The position numbers and the translations under genes are program-made. DNA of 64,000 nt, from positions 15,748,001-15,812,000 of the forward strand of contig OY740816.1 in NCBI GenBank assembly GCA_963514005.1, in the 5' to 3' direction. The stretch is from Raja brachyura (taxonomy: Eukaryota). A model generated the notes under the pieces. The model was not told where the DNA came from and ran no database searches. It saw only the letters and a program-made list of their open reading frames with translations. Shown in pieces: positions 12,001 through 23,232 of this stretch (positions are counted from its first letter, which is position 1; each line of letters begins with the position of its first letter).

Positions 12001-15000
12001 AATAATACGATGTTTGATTGAAGCGTATCCACTGGTCGACAAGGAGAATTGGATCTGCGAAGACATCAACATTTAAGTTAGAAACAACCTGGACACTCAC
12101 AGTCCTTCAACGCCCTCTTTACCTGTTCAGGTGTTGCACGCTGAACATATTCAGACATTGAAATATAATTTGGCACATTCAATCTGTGCCATGATAAGTG
12201 CCATTGTGTGTTCGAAGGAAGTGCAAGTGTTGATTTACACCGAAGATTGACACAGTGTGCTGGAGTAACTCAGGGGGGTAAGCGGCATTTCTTGAGAATA
12301 GGGGTTTTTTTGCGTCGAAACCCTTCTTCACTGAGAGTCCCGTATTCCCCTATTCATTTTCTCAAGAAATGCTGCTTAACCCGCTGAGTGGGTCCCCACT
12401 CGCAATCGTTGTGCCCCAATTAAGATCGTTTCAATGAAGAATGCTTGCGAACAAAATGTCTCTCTGTTGCTCGTTAAACATACCTGATATATGAGGTGGT
12501 ATCAAAGGACAGGGTTCAGGATGCAAGACGATGCCTGTCCCGCAGCACCCTTGAACTGTAAAAAGGGACAATACATTATATCACGAGGTCCTGCTAATCA
12601 ATGAACATGTTCGCGCCATCACTCCCGATTTACCGTAAGAACGCAATGATGCTCACCGATGTATCGGCGATCGTCATGCAGAAATGGAAAATTGTGTTTC
12701 AGGTATGTCACGGGTATTTCAGACGGCATCAATTAACATGAGTCAATGAACCTACACACGTGTGCGGTAGTGTAGAAAACCTCCGCGGTCACGGGGAAAA
12801 TGCACGAACACTGTCTGGATCGAACCCGGGCCTCTGGCGCTGTCAGGCAGCAACTCTACTGCTGCGCCACCGTGCCACTCCAGTTAGGCTGTTTTATTCT
12901 ACAGCGAGGCGAAACATTTACCAGACAATCCACATCTCTCCGTCATTGAGCATTGTACCTGGAAGGACTCGTAGGATATCTTCATGGACTGACATCAGTT
13001 GGGGCATCAAGTGCCAGAGCCAATCTAAAACACTTCTACTTACATTCACAGTGTCGCCTCGTTGTTCTGACAGGAATATGGACAGGGGGTTCCCGGGGAA
13101 AGAGGAGTCACCAAGAGCTTGCCTTCCGTTTGGCGTGGCAGCTGAAACATGGCGAGCCCTACCTGATCGCTTATTACCCCACTTCTACGTCCTCCTCTTC
13201 TACCTCACCAGTACCTCCAGTCACCCAATCTGATCTCCCCTGTCCATCTCCTACTTCTCGCCGCTTCTCTCTCTCTTTTCCTTCACCCTCTCAATGTATC
13301 TTAATTACTGTCTTCCAATATCCCTCGTCATTCTCTTCAAATTCCTCCACTCCCTCCCTTCCATGCCCCCGCTCATCAGTCCTCTCTTTTGAATCTGAAG
13401 TTCATCACACGAATTTTACAACCCAAACGTCCACTCTTGCTATGAGTCCAAGTGAACTCTTCAGCCAAAGGAAACTAATCCTCTAGCCTCCAGAACCCTA
13501 GCCCAAATCAGCCAACCTCTCATCGCCTCACTGCTGCATGCCTTGAATCTCTGTTCACTCTCTTTCTGCCCTGTCCTTCCCGCCTCGCAACTGCCGTGTG
13601 TTCTTGGCCGCATTATTCTTCCTGCCACATCTCTGGATGGGCAAATTCCATCAGAGATATTGCTTCTCCGAGAAAGTGTCACTGGCCGATTCCAAGTCCC
13701 TCTTCCCCAACTCCATGTGTCCCAGAACCAAGAGTTCCATTCTAAACTGAACCCGGTTCTCGTAAATTGGAAAGATGACCACAATGACCGGAGATAGACA
13801 CAGCATGCTGGAGTAACTCAGCGGGACAGGCAGCATCTCCTCAGAGAAGGAATTGGTGACGTTTCGGGTCGAGACCCTTCTTCAGACGTCTCGAACCACA
13901 AACGTCACCCATTCCTTCTCTCCGGAGAGGCTGCCTGGTTCGCGGAGTTACTCCAGCATTTTGGATCTATCTTCGGTTCAAACCAGCATTTGCGGTTCAT
14001 TCCCACATATCACCAGTTGACCGAGTCTCCCGTATTCCTATTTGTTTAAGATCCAAAAATAGGTTCGGCCTAGAAAGGCGCTCACTGCGTAGATTTTATT
14101 CTATTCCCTGAACCTAATGAATCGCGAGGCATTTATATAACACTGCGTGGAGAATGGCGCCACGCGGTTGAGGTACCATTACAGAGAGCGAAGCTAACAG
14201 CACACCCTCGGGAAGTGACATGGTACAACTGAAGGATGTAATGACAGACGGTAGGGGGCGACATCATTCAATGATGAGGGGAATGGAGGCAAAGTGTCTC
14301 TCTCTCCAAGACCGCGTTCAATGTGCGTTCAATTCCATGAAAATAAACCGCGCAACGTGAATCGGTTACAGGTTCGCTGCCGCTTAACGTTCTGCAGGAA
14401 ATATGCCTTTGTTGCAATCTGCACAAGAGGAATCTCCTGTCATCCAGACTGGAGATTAATCTGTGGCGATCTTGCGGGTAAAAGCCCGGAGAACCACAAG
14501 TTTAATTAAAGAGGTAGCAATCTCTCTGAATTAGAATCACGTAGATTTGGCAGAATTAATTTTAAACGCACCCATAATGCCGAACTCCACAGCGAGCCTC
14601 CACATATTATCGACTGACGTCTTCGTTTCGTTCAGCAACTGTGCCACTAAAATGGAAATAATGTTAGCACACACATTCACATTTAAATATATGGGATTTG
14701 CATCATGCGACCCATGTACTCCTCATGTCACGATCAGACGATTCATTTCATATAAGAGCGCTTTTGCTAGAAACTCACACGATCCTAGTTAGAAGACATC
14801 TTGGGGAATGAGCACAATTTTGATCACCGCGGTGAAGGAAATATATAATTGCATTTGAATATGTGGGGAGAAGATCCACAAGTACGTTTGTCAGAAATTA
14901 GAAATGTCATCTCTTTAGAATGATGCGTGATTGTGACCTTCGAAGTTTAATTGTCTGAGCGAAGAATGCACGAAGTGGCATCGACTTCATTTGTTACGTT

Positions 15001-18000
15001 GATACAGATTGTTTCTTAGTTCGCTCTCCAGATAACAATGATGATTGGTGAAGGGCTGCAAGGAAGTTGCGAACTGACTATCGTGAGGATGTTTGAATGT
15101 GGAACATATTCCCTGAAAGCAGCAGTAATGTTCAATGTAATTAAAGAATGCTCAAAAGAGCTTGTCCAGCGTTAAGACCCCATGCTGAAGGTTTGGATAA
15201 GTGTGGGGCGTGCCATTTTAACGGAGTACAACACCCCTTCTGCATTGTGACTTCTTGTGGTGTCCTGGACCGACGTTGTCAGCCCAAACTCAATTTATTT
15301 CCTCCACCACTTTCTTTAGCAAGCCCTATTGAGATTGTTGAGTCAATCTCCCACGCCCATCCCATGCAGCGCATCAAGCTCGGGCGAATAACCCCTGCAA
15401 CTCAGCAGCAAGGTTAAGAGAATGACACAGAGGGAGATAATTTGCAAGTATTGTCCCTGGGATAGTAGTGGTAAGTCTGGATAATTTCCTCTTGATTTAA
15501 TTTAAAATGAACAAAAGATTCAAATTTGATAACTTGCACCACCTCACCATTATTGAAGTTTCACTGTAAGGGGACACAGAAGCATAAACAATAGGTACAG
15601 GAGGAGGCCATTTGGCCCTTCGAGCCAGCACCGCCATTCATGGTGATCATGGCTGATCGTCCCCTATCAATAACCTGTGCCTGCCTTCTCCCCATATCCG
15701 TTGATTCCACTAGCCCCTAGAACTCTATCTAACTATCTCTTAAATCCATCCAGTGATTTGGTCTCCACTGTCCTCTGTGGCAGGGAATACATTCACAAAT
15801 CTCTGGGTGAAAACGTTTTTTCTCACCTCAGTCTTAAATGGCGTCCGCTTTATACTAAGACTGTGGCCCCTGGTTCTGGACTCGCCCACCATTGTGAACA
15901 TTTTACCTGCATCTAGCTTGTCCAGTCCTTTTATAATTTTATTTGTTTCTGTAAGATTCCCCCTCATCCTTTTAAACTCCAGTGAATACAAGCCTAGTCT
16001 TTTCAATCTTTCCTCATATGACAGTCCCGCCATCCCAGGGATCTGGCATATAACAGTAAAAACATAATGTGCCTTGCGTAATACCAGAGGAAGATGACCA
16101 ACGGAGTTACATTCAAGGAACGGTGACATTAGCTGCGAGTATGAAGCAACATGATTGCAAAACTACTGTTGAGTGGTAGATGTTGGAGTAGATTGCTCGG
16201 TATAGAATGTATGATGAATTAGGGGAATGTGGACAGATCAGGAGGACCCAACAAATATATAACAAGGGAGAGAGGCGTCTAAATACAAATTTAAAAGCAG
16301 AATCAAATGATGGTAATGGTCTGGGGTGGATTTTGCCTTTTTGAGAAACTAAAACGGTTAATTGCAGTACATGAAATGTGCGGGTTCCCTGCTGTTATCA
16401 AGACTTTCAGAAGTTCATAAGGTTCAGTAGCAGAATTGGGGCATTCAACCCATCAAGTTTACACCGCCATTCAATCGTGGCTGACCTTTCACTCTCAACC
16501 CCACTCTTCTGCCTCCTCCACATAACGCATGACCTCCTTACTAATGAATAATCTGTTAATCTGCACGTGAAACATATCCATCGACTTGGCCGCCACAGCC
16601 GTCCGTGGCAACGGATTCACCACCCACGTATGTTGTGACATTCTCTGGAGGGACTCAAATCCTGCATCCTTGAACTTAATGCGAGATGGTGTCCAAGTGT
16701 GCGTTTAATGACTCACCGGAGAATCTGAACATCTCGACGTATCTCGGAATGGCAGACACGGAACCGTCAGATTGAATTTCACACTTACCATTTTCAAAAT
16801 ACCGAGCAAGATCCATCTTCAAATCAGTGTCAGATGTATTCCTTTCACTAATCAAACGTGTCACTGAAAAAAAAAAACAGATTTTGACTCTCACGCGTTA
16901 AAATATATTTCATCGACCCAACCACCCGCCAATCCATATTTCCCATTGTCCTGAACTCCTTTTAGCCGATGCATAGAATGCAAATCTACGTTGGTTTTGC
17001 TGAGGTTGTGTGCAGCACTAGTAAGACTATGAGTCAGGAAACGAAAACGTTTTGTTCACCACGTTCCATGAAACAAACCGATTGCACTAGATTGGGTAAT
17101 TGGTTATGGAGAAATTCTGTAACAATTTGACCAAGAAAAGGAAAATGTTACCTCCTAATCATGTTGGTTAAGATTGTGACTTTATCATCGGAAAATAGTT
17201 GCCTAAGGGGAGGATTAAGCCTCAGGCGTATCGAATTTTGAGGTCTCAATTACGTATTTCCCTCCTCATACGAGTCGTAGGCATGGTCTAATTGGTGAAA
17301 GCGGATTTGTAAGAACTTCTGACCCACAGTAGTATGGGTGTGGAACATACTGTCTGAAAGGTGGGTGCAGGAAAAAGCCGCAGGGGTGTGAAACAATTCC
17401 CGGAAGTACATATCAAGAGGCAATGTCTCATGTGGAAGGGTTGGCGAAATCTGGGGGCACGTCCTCGACTGTCACTGACATGATGGGCTGGATAGTTGTT
17501 GCTTTTGTGTAGTGATAATTTGTAGCGATTGCCAACACGCACTTACCTTCCCTTCTTCACTGGGTCTGTAAGGGTTTGCTGAGTAAATCCTCCATCGCCC
17601 ATCCCATGTAGGGGGACGTGGCAAGATCTGGCAACACCACCCTCCTTTCCATCCACCCCTTCCAACCAGCATGCTTTTAGTACAGTCAGCCAAGTATTGC
17701 TATTAATGGACACGCACCATATGTGGAAGTGTGGCAAGCGAACTACCAGGGAGTAGAGCTAGTTGCAGATTATATTCTATGCCCGGTTTAGAAGATTTTC
17801 CATTTGGTTGTTTGGGAAACCGAGAATCATACAGAGAGGATGGTGACGTGAAAAGCAGAATAGGAACAAATAAGGTGTGAAAACAAATCTACTTTGTTTG
17901 GTGGATGTTGGGGGTCCCTTATCTCTTATCCCTTACAGAATGCATGAACAATTAGAGAAATCTGGACTAATTATAGGGAACCAATGTGGATTTAATTATT

Positions 18001-21000
18001 ATTGGCCATGTCTTCCCAAAATCATCAAATTGATTGAACCAAAGGACGCAATTTGCCTCCTTGAGAAAGGATAACAATAAATTGGGCAAAGTGGGTTGGG
18101 TGCTGGTTCGCTGCAGTTGCTGCGACTTCCATTACGACAGAGACTTGCTGTGTTGCGGCTCTCACGTCAGAAGCCTGAATGCTCCAGTTTGCAATTTGTT
18201 TGAGGTGGTTCTCGTTTGAAAATGCAGGGAATCGGCAAAGAAACCGATCAATTCCAAGCCACCGGGGTTGGCGACACAAAGAACCTACCATTGCCCTTCA
18301 AGTTAGAAATGGCCACCATGACGCTCGAGTCTGATGCCTTCGTTTCATTCAGCAGCTGTATCACTGAAAGAGAAATCAGGTTTTGACTTTCACACATTAA
18401 AATAAATGTTATTTGCTTCCCTTTGCATTGCTCCCTGTCCCTGTCAACCGAGGTATGTAATAAACGATAAGGACAGTTGTGATATAAACGTAGATAGCAG
18501 CAGCTAAACAATAGATTAGGGAATTGAGTACATTGCAATTCATCACCTTACTGGAAAATGTGATTGCTTTGCTGTTGGTGCAGAGAAGATCTACGGCGAC
18601 TTTTCCAGAACTGAACATTTTCTCTCTGATTAATCTCCGATAAGGCTTATAGTCTTATTAATCTCTGATAACAATGTGTATCTGATCTTCGGAATAGAGG
18701 CAATTGAGGGGACACCGTATTAACGTTTCACAAATTATGAGGGGCCTAGATTTATTCACTTTCTTATTTGACTTCTCAAACCAGTACGAAACCAATGATA
18801 ATTTACGAAGGAATACAGGGGAGATGAGGAACAACTTCTCACTCAAAGGTCCGTGTAATATGCAAACTGGCCGAAAGGACTCTGGACTGAAACTCACAAC
18901 ACAATGAAACCGTGTACAGAAGTATTTCAAGGCCCATTGCCCTGTGCGGAATGTTTGGGGAAGTGAGTGAAGTTAAGGCAGCATTTATCCGTCGAGAAAA
19001 GCTCAATAGCTCTTCAAGGAACCCTCCTTCATGGTGATTTTTCTGTCCGTGTTGCCAGTAGAGATATAACAGAAATACAATATCCTCTAAGACTTGCTGG
19101 GTCAAACCCACCAATACCTATAATCTCAGCAGAGGAGAGGCGTGGCAAGCCTTGAAAATTGCCCAAGCAGTATTGCAGCATAATTGGATAAGTTCTGGTT
19201 CATGGGCATAAGTGATGTAGAGAATGGTTGCAAGTGATGTATCGGGGTGAGTGCAAGCCATCTTCAATTCGTGTTTTAGATTTTCAATCTGGTACCTTAC
19301 AGCATCCCGCATCCCACATTTACTCAACTTCCCCCAAAAAGGTTTTGATAAAAGTAAAAAACGATGCACTTTGTAAAAGACGTCTTGGAGACATGGCCTT
19401 TTATATTTGAAATGCAGCATCCAACAAAAAATGGCACCATTACTAGGGACATTGTATGCAACATTTGACAAACGTTTGCACACAGTTGCTGAGGTGGTGC
19501 AGGGATTCGTATATATTATTAATCGCAGAACATATGAACGATGAGCGAAGTGTAGGCCGATGAGTGGGAGCACGTTTGGAATTTACAAGTGTGAGTCGCG
19601 TCTGCCTAACAGCGTTCATGTGGTTGGAGTTTGCTTAACGATAAACTGCAGATTGTGAGATGGGTGCAGGGTCGGTAGTTCATGCACTTCCTCTTTTGTT
19701 GCAACTTTTACAAGAGAAGCAGGATCTGTCCAGCCTTGAAATTAGCACGTGGTGGTGTCGGTCGATTGTTAAAAATATCATCAGAACACTTGAACAACCG
19801 GATATCTCTTGGAATTGACGACTCATAAAATCTTCCGATTGGATTACACACTTACCGTCACTCTTCACCTGTGCAAGTTCCATCCGAAATCCGGCGTCCG
19901 ATGTCTTCATTTCACTCAGCAACCGGGTCACTGAAGTAGAAACCAGGGATGATTTTCACACATCGAAATGGAAGGCATTTGCCCAGCCCCCGCCCCACCC
20001 CGTTCCCCTCTGTGCTCATAACCTACTAGCCGAAGCATGGAACACAGAAGCATAGATGCCGCCTGTCCCGGTGAGTTCCTCCAGCATTTTTGTCTATCTC
20101 CGGTGTAAACCACCATCTGAAGTTCCTTCCGACATTATAAATTAGTATGTTTGCTTTGAAAGTACACGACATAATTGAGGACTATGCATTGAAAACAATG
20201 AGGGGTTTCATTCACCGTATAGTCGGAGAGAACCGAGAGATGGGATTACATTGGAGGGGAAAACAAAGAAGATGCATAAGAATTCTTAGAAACAGGATCT
20301 ACCAGTTTAGGAATACTCCGAATGGCTTTGTGTGTGGGAAATTGTGTCGCAGGAATTCGGGAGATTATTGTTGAAGAGGTCGCAAAGAGGATCGTTTAGC
20401 GGGTGGCATTGGATGTTAATTATATCGATAAGACCATTGGTTTCAAAATTGCCTTGGACGAAGGAGATAATGTATGGTTGAGGTTAGTTGATTTTCTGAT
20501 TGTAAGACAATCCCGTGGATTACTGAACGTTTTCGGTGCTGGGTACACTGTTTGATTTGCTTGAGTTGTAAGATAAAATGGAACGACCGTTCGTTGGAGA
20601 CTATAATCTGACTATAACCTGTTCTCCAAATCTGAGGAAGGACATTCTGGTCTCCAAATCTGAGCAAGGACATTATTGCCATAGAGGGAGTGCAGAGAAG
20701 GTTCACCAGACTGATTCCTGGGATGTCAGGACTGTCTTATGAACAAAGACTGCATAGACTCGGTTTATACTCTCTAGAATTTAGGAGATTGAGAGGGGAT
20801 TTTATAGAAACTTACAAAATTCTTAAGGGGTTGGACAGGCTAGATGCAGGAAGATTGTTCCCGATGTTGGGGAGGTCCAGGACAAGGTGTCACAGCTTAA
20901 GGATAAGGGGGAAATCCTTTAGGACCGAGATGAGAAGGACTTTTTTCACACAGAGAGTGGTGGGTCTCTGGAACTCTCTGCCACGGAGGGTAGTTGAGGC

Positions 21001-23212
21001 CAGTTCATTGGCTATATTTAAGAGGGAGTTAGATGTGGCCCTTGTGGCTAAGGGGATCAGAGGGTATGGAGAGAAGGCAGGTACGGGATACTGAGTTGGA
21101 TGATCAGCCATGATCATATTGAATGGCGGTGCAGGCTCGAAGGGCCGAATGGCCTACTCCTGCACCTAATTTCTATGTATCTATGTTTCTATGTATAAGG
21201 CTGAAGAGTGAACTTCTTGAAGAGCCAAGGTCATGAGCAGCAAGGGTAAACTGAAAATTCACATTCTTTATCCCAGCGCAGAGTATTCTTGAACTGGAGG
21301 CTGTAAGCTTCGGGTAAAAGGTGAGATATTTAATTTGGACCTCCGCCGCAATACTTTGACTAATAGGGTCGTCGGTATTGCGAGCTTCCAGTGCTAATTA
21401 AGGCTTTCAGAAGATATTTGTAGAGATATATGGACACGGGAGGTTGAGAGGACTATGGACCAAATGCTGACAGATGGGATGGGGCAGGATGTAAAATTGG
21501 TCAGTGTGGTAGGTCAAAAGACTCGCCGCCACGTTCTTCTATAAATATGTGACTGGTTCTACGTGGTGGAGTATTTTATCTTTGAAGATTGATGGATACA
21601 CCCGCAATTGTGATCTTCAGAATAGAGTGACCGAGATGGGGAAATAATTAAGTTTTACTACATTTTCACTCAGTGGATCAGCCAGATACCTGGCTGCAGA
21701 TCTCTGCTAATTCGTTAAGGTGTACAGGGGAGGAACTTTGAGGGGGAGCTGCCTAGAATATATTATTTTTTGGAACTCGCTACCTGTAAGAGCAAAGGGA
21801 CAGAAAACATCCACAGATAATGTGTGCTCGATTATATTTCAATGAATAAGACAGTATGTTAAGAATTTGGAGCAGGCGGATAGCGCTTTCCTGATTGGTG
21901 CCAAGGCAATGGGCTGCCGGGGCTCCTTCCGTAATGCAACCCGGCCCTTTTTGGCATCAAAAACATTTAGTAGGAACCTGAAGGGCAACCTTTTCGGACA
22001 AAGGATGTTGGGTGCATTGAACGATTGAAGGTTGTTGGCTGTATAGGGGGAGGTAGTTGAGGCAGGTACTATCGCAACGATTAAGAAATATATGGACAGG
22101 TACATGGATATGACAGATTTAGCGGGATGTGGGTCAAATGCAGACAGGTCGGACGGGTGTGGATGGGACATGTTGGTCAGTATGGGCAGGTTAAGCCTAA
22201 GGGTCTGATTCTACACAGTGTGAAGACTCTATAACAAAGAAGACATTTGATACTTACTCAGTCCAACTGCAGTGCCGAGAGACACAATGGATAACAGGAT
22301 AGAGAGACCAATGAAAGTACAGATGATCAGCAGGAAGAATTTTCCCCGAAAAGACATTGCGGGCCAGACACCATTGCCTGCAAAGTAGAAGTGAAAGATT
22401 AATTGAAGGAATAAGATGAAAGCATCCAGAGAAAAACCACCCCATCCCCTTGACTGGATTCGATGTGAGAATGGGGCTGAGGAAAGTCGAGCTCTGATCT
22501 TTAAATCATCAAACACACATATATTCAATGGAAGACTCGACACCTGTTGAAGGTTAGACATCTAAATTTGACAGGGAATGGAGGTGTTGAAAAAGCTGGC
22601 ACTCCCAACAAACGCAGTGTATCCTTCGCCATGGTAGTTTACAAAGAAGTATATTGAAGAAACATCCGCCCACCGTCCATTTTCCCGTTAACATTCAACA
22701 ATCGCTCTCGACATTTTGCTTCATGTTGCTTTTTGATGTGAAAGTGTCGAGAATTCTAGCCCACCCACTGCAACTGCAACTACATCAACTATTCACTCTC
22801 TGATGATTAGGTTATTTTTAGTTCGATTTTGAGATAAAGCATGGAAACAAGCCCTTCGGCCGACCGAATCCGCATCGATCAGCGACCCCCACACATTAAC
22901 ACTATTCCACACACACTAGGGACAATTTTACACTTATACCAAGCCAATTAACCTGCGTCTTTGGAATGTGGAAGGAAACCGAGGATATCAGAGAAAACCC
23001 ACGCGTTCACTGGGAGAACGTGCAAACTCCCTCACACAAGCACACGTAGTCGGGATCGAACCCGGATCTCTGCAAGCGCTGTATAGCAGCATCTCGACCG
23101 CTACGCCACCGTCCCGCGCTACATGATATGAACCTGGCTTCGGATGTTCCGGCTGATGTCCATCTCCAGGGTCAGGTGCACCAGGTGTTTCACGGAGCCC
23201 CTGGAGCTCCAT
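8882..23212 (-). CDS. C-type lectin gene B (CD209/CLEC4-like type II receptor), 10 coding exons, 330 aa
   Basis: join(23134-23212, 22258-22377, 19856-19930, 18289-18363, 16789-16863, 14572-14646, 12484-12555, 11909-12054, 10630-10739, 8882-9047) = 993 nt. All introns are GT-AG, phases are consistent and there is no internal stop. The start exon is the least certain part. Confidence 0.8.
10375..10520 (+). mobile_element. Rex1/Babar-type LINE 3' end fragment
   Basis: Matches the 3' end at 25285-25408 (aatctttgcacatcccc...ccctcctgggata...tatcgta tail). Confidence 0.6.
10630..10739 (-). CDS. Gene B CTLD exon 2
   Basis: ttttccacag|GAA...AA|gtgagt, 110 nt; EFLARNQIFDSWIGLNDRRKEGIWRWVDGTDYESNV (WIGL motif). 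Confidence 0.92.
11090..11320 (+). mobile_element. Decayed CR1-type LINE/SINE 3' fragment
   Basis: FFTQRVVG-like segment, gaggtagttggggcagg and ggccgaatgg...ctctatgactcta tail. Similar relics at 21280-21550 and 21965-22230. Confidence 0.55.
11909..12054 (-). CDS. Gene B CTLD exon 1
   Basis: cttcgcag|AT...CTG|gttcgt, 146 nt; DPILLVDQWIRFNQTSYYFSSTRGTWNESQDLCASMNSNLVVINSLGEL. Same length as the gene C counterpart. Confidence 0.9.
12484..12555 (-). CDS. Gene B Cys/Pro-rich linker exon
   Basis: ctttttacag|TT...CAG|gtatgt, 72 nt, phase 1-1; VQGCCGTGIVLHPEPCPLIPPHIS. Confidence 0.65.
13790..14005. mobile_element. Inverted (palindromic) pair of Penelope terminal-repeat fragments
   Basis: gctggagtaactcagcgggacaggcagcatctcc...cagac is followed by its reverse complement ...ggctgcctggttcgcggagttactccagc; predicted long hairpin. 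Confidence 0.8.
13856..13887 (-). ncRNA. Minimal hammerhead ribozyme motif (Penelope-associated)
   Basis: Minus strand GTCTGAAGA-AGGGTCTCGACCC-GAAACGTC: CUGANGA core, stem II, GAAA and GUC cleavage triplet. Confidence 0.65.
14572..14646 (-). CDS. Gene B neck-repeat exon 4
   Basis: ccattttag|TG...ATG G|gtgcgt, 75 nt, phase 1-1; VAQLLNETKTSVDNMWRLAVEFGIM. Confidence 0.75.
15580..16043 (-). mobile_element. CR1-type LINE 3' fragment
   Basis: IPGMAGLSYEERLKRLGLYSLEFKRMRG...SRTRGHSL, plus a 3' UTR shared with 50878-51350. Confidence 0.85.
16789..16863 (-). CDS. Gene B neck-repeat exon 3
   Basis: tttttcag|TG...AAT G|gtaagt, 75 nt; VTRLISERNTSDTDLKMDLARYFEN. Confidence 0.8.
18289..18363 (-). CDS. 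Gene B neck-repeat exon 2
   Basis: ctctttcag|TG...AAT G|gtaggt, 75 nt; VIQLLNETKASDSSVMVAISNLKGN. Confidence 0.8.
19856..19930 (-). CDS. Gene B neck-repeat exon 1
   Basis: ctacttcag|TG...GAC G|gtaagt, 75 nt; (M)TRLLSEMKTSDAGFRMELAQVKSD. Confidence 0.8.
20645..21195 (+). mobile_element. CR1-type LINE 3' fragment with tail
   Basis: ORF 20690-21094 QRRFTRLIPGMSGLSYEQRL...; tail ttctatgtatctatgtttctatg. Confidence 0.9.
22258..22377 (-). CDS. Gene B transmembrane exon
   Basis: ctttgcag|GC...CTG A|gtaagt, 120 nt, phase 1-1; NGVWPAMSFRGKFFLLIICTFIGLSILLSIVSLGTAVGL. Confidence 0.85.
22815..23118 (-). mobile_element. tRNA-derived SINE (uninterrupted copy; its part from 22995 starts duplicated block X)
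   Basis: Same family as 2690-3012; B-box-like gggttcgatccc on the minus strand. Confidence 0.75.
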
Positions 23213-23232
23213 GTTCTCAACGTGAAGACCTC
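23134..23232 (-). CDS. Gene B 99-nt cytoplasmic exon (ATG at 23212)
   Basis: aaatttcag|GA...CCA G|gttcat; Kozak aacATGG; MELQGLRETPGAPDPGDGHQPEHPKP; phase 1 joins the TM exon in frame. Confidence 0.6.

Noticed and set aside
12657-12751. Possible additional neck exon with a gtgagc donor
   Set aside because: 95 nt long and has stops in all usable frames.
17548-17566. Strong donor AAG|gtaagt with a nearby acceptor (19-nt micro-exon)
   Set aside because: Frame-shifting length and no similarity to the neck repeats.
19118-19573. 151-aa intronic ORF
   Set aside because: No recognisable motif, non-ATG start and no convincing splice sites. A BLASTx would be needed to reconsider.
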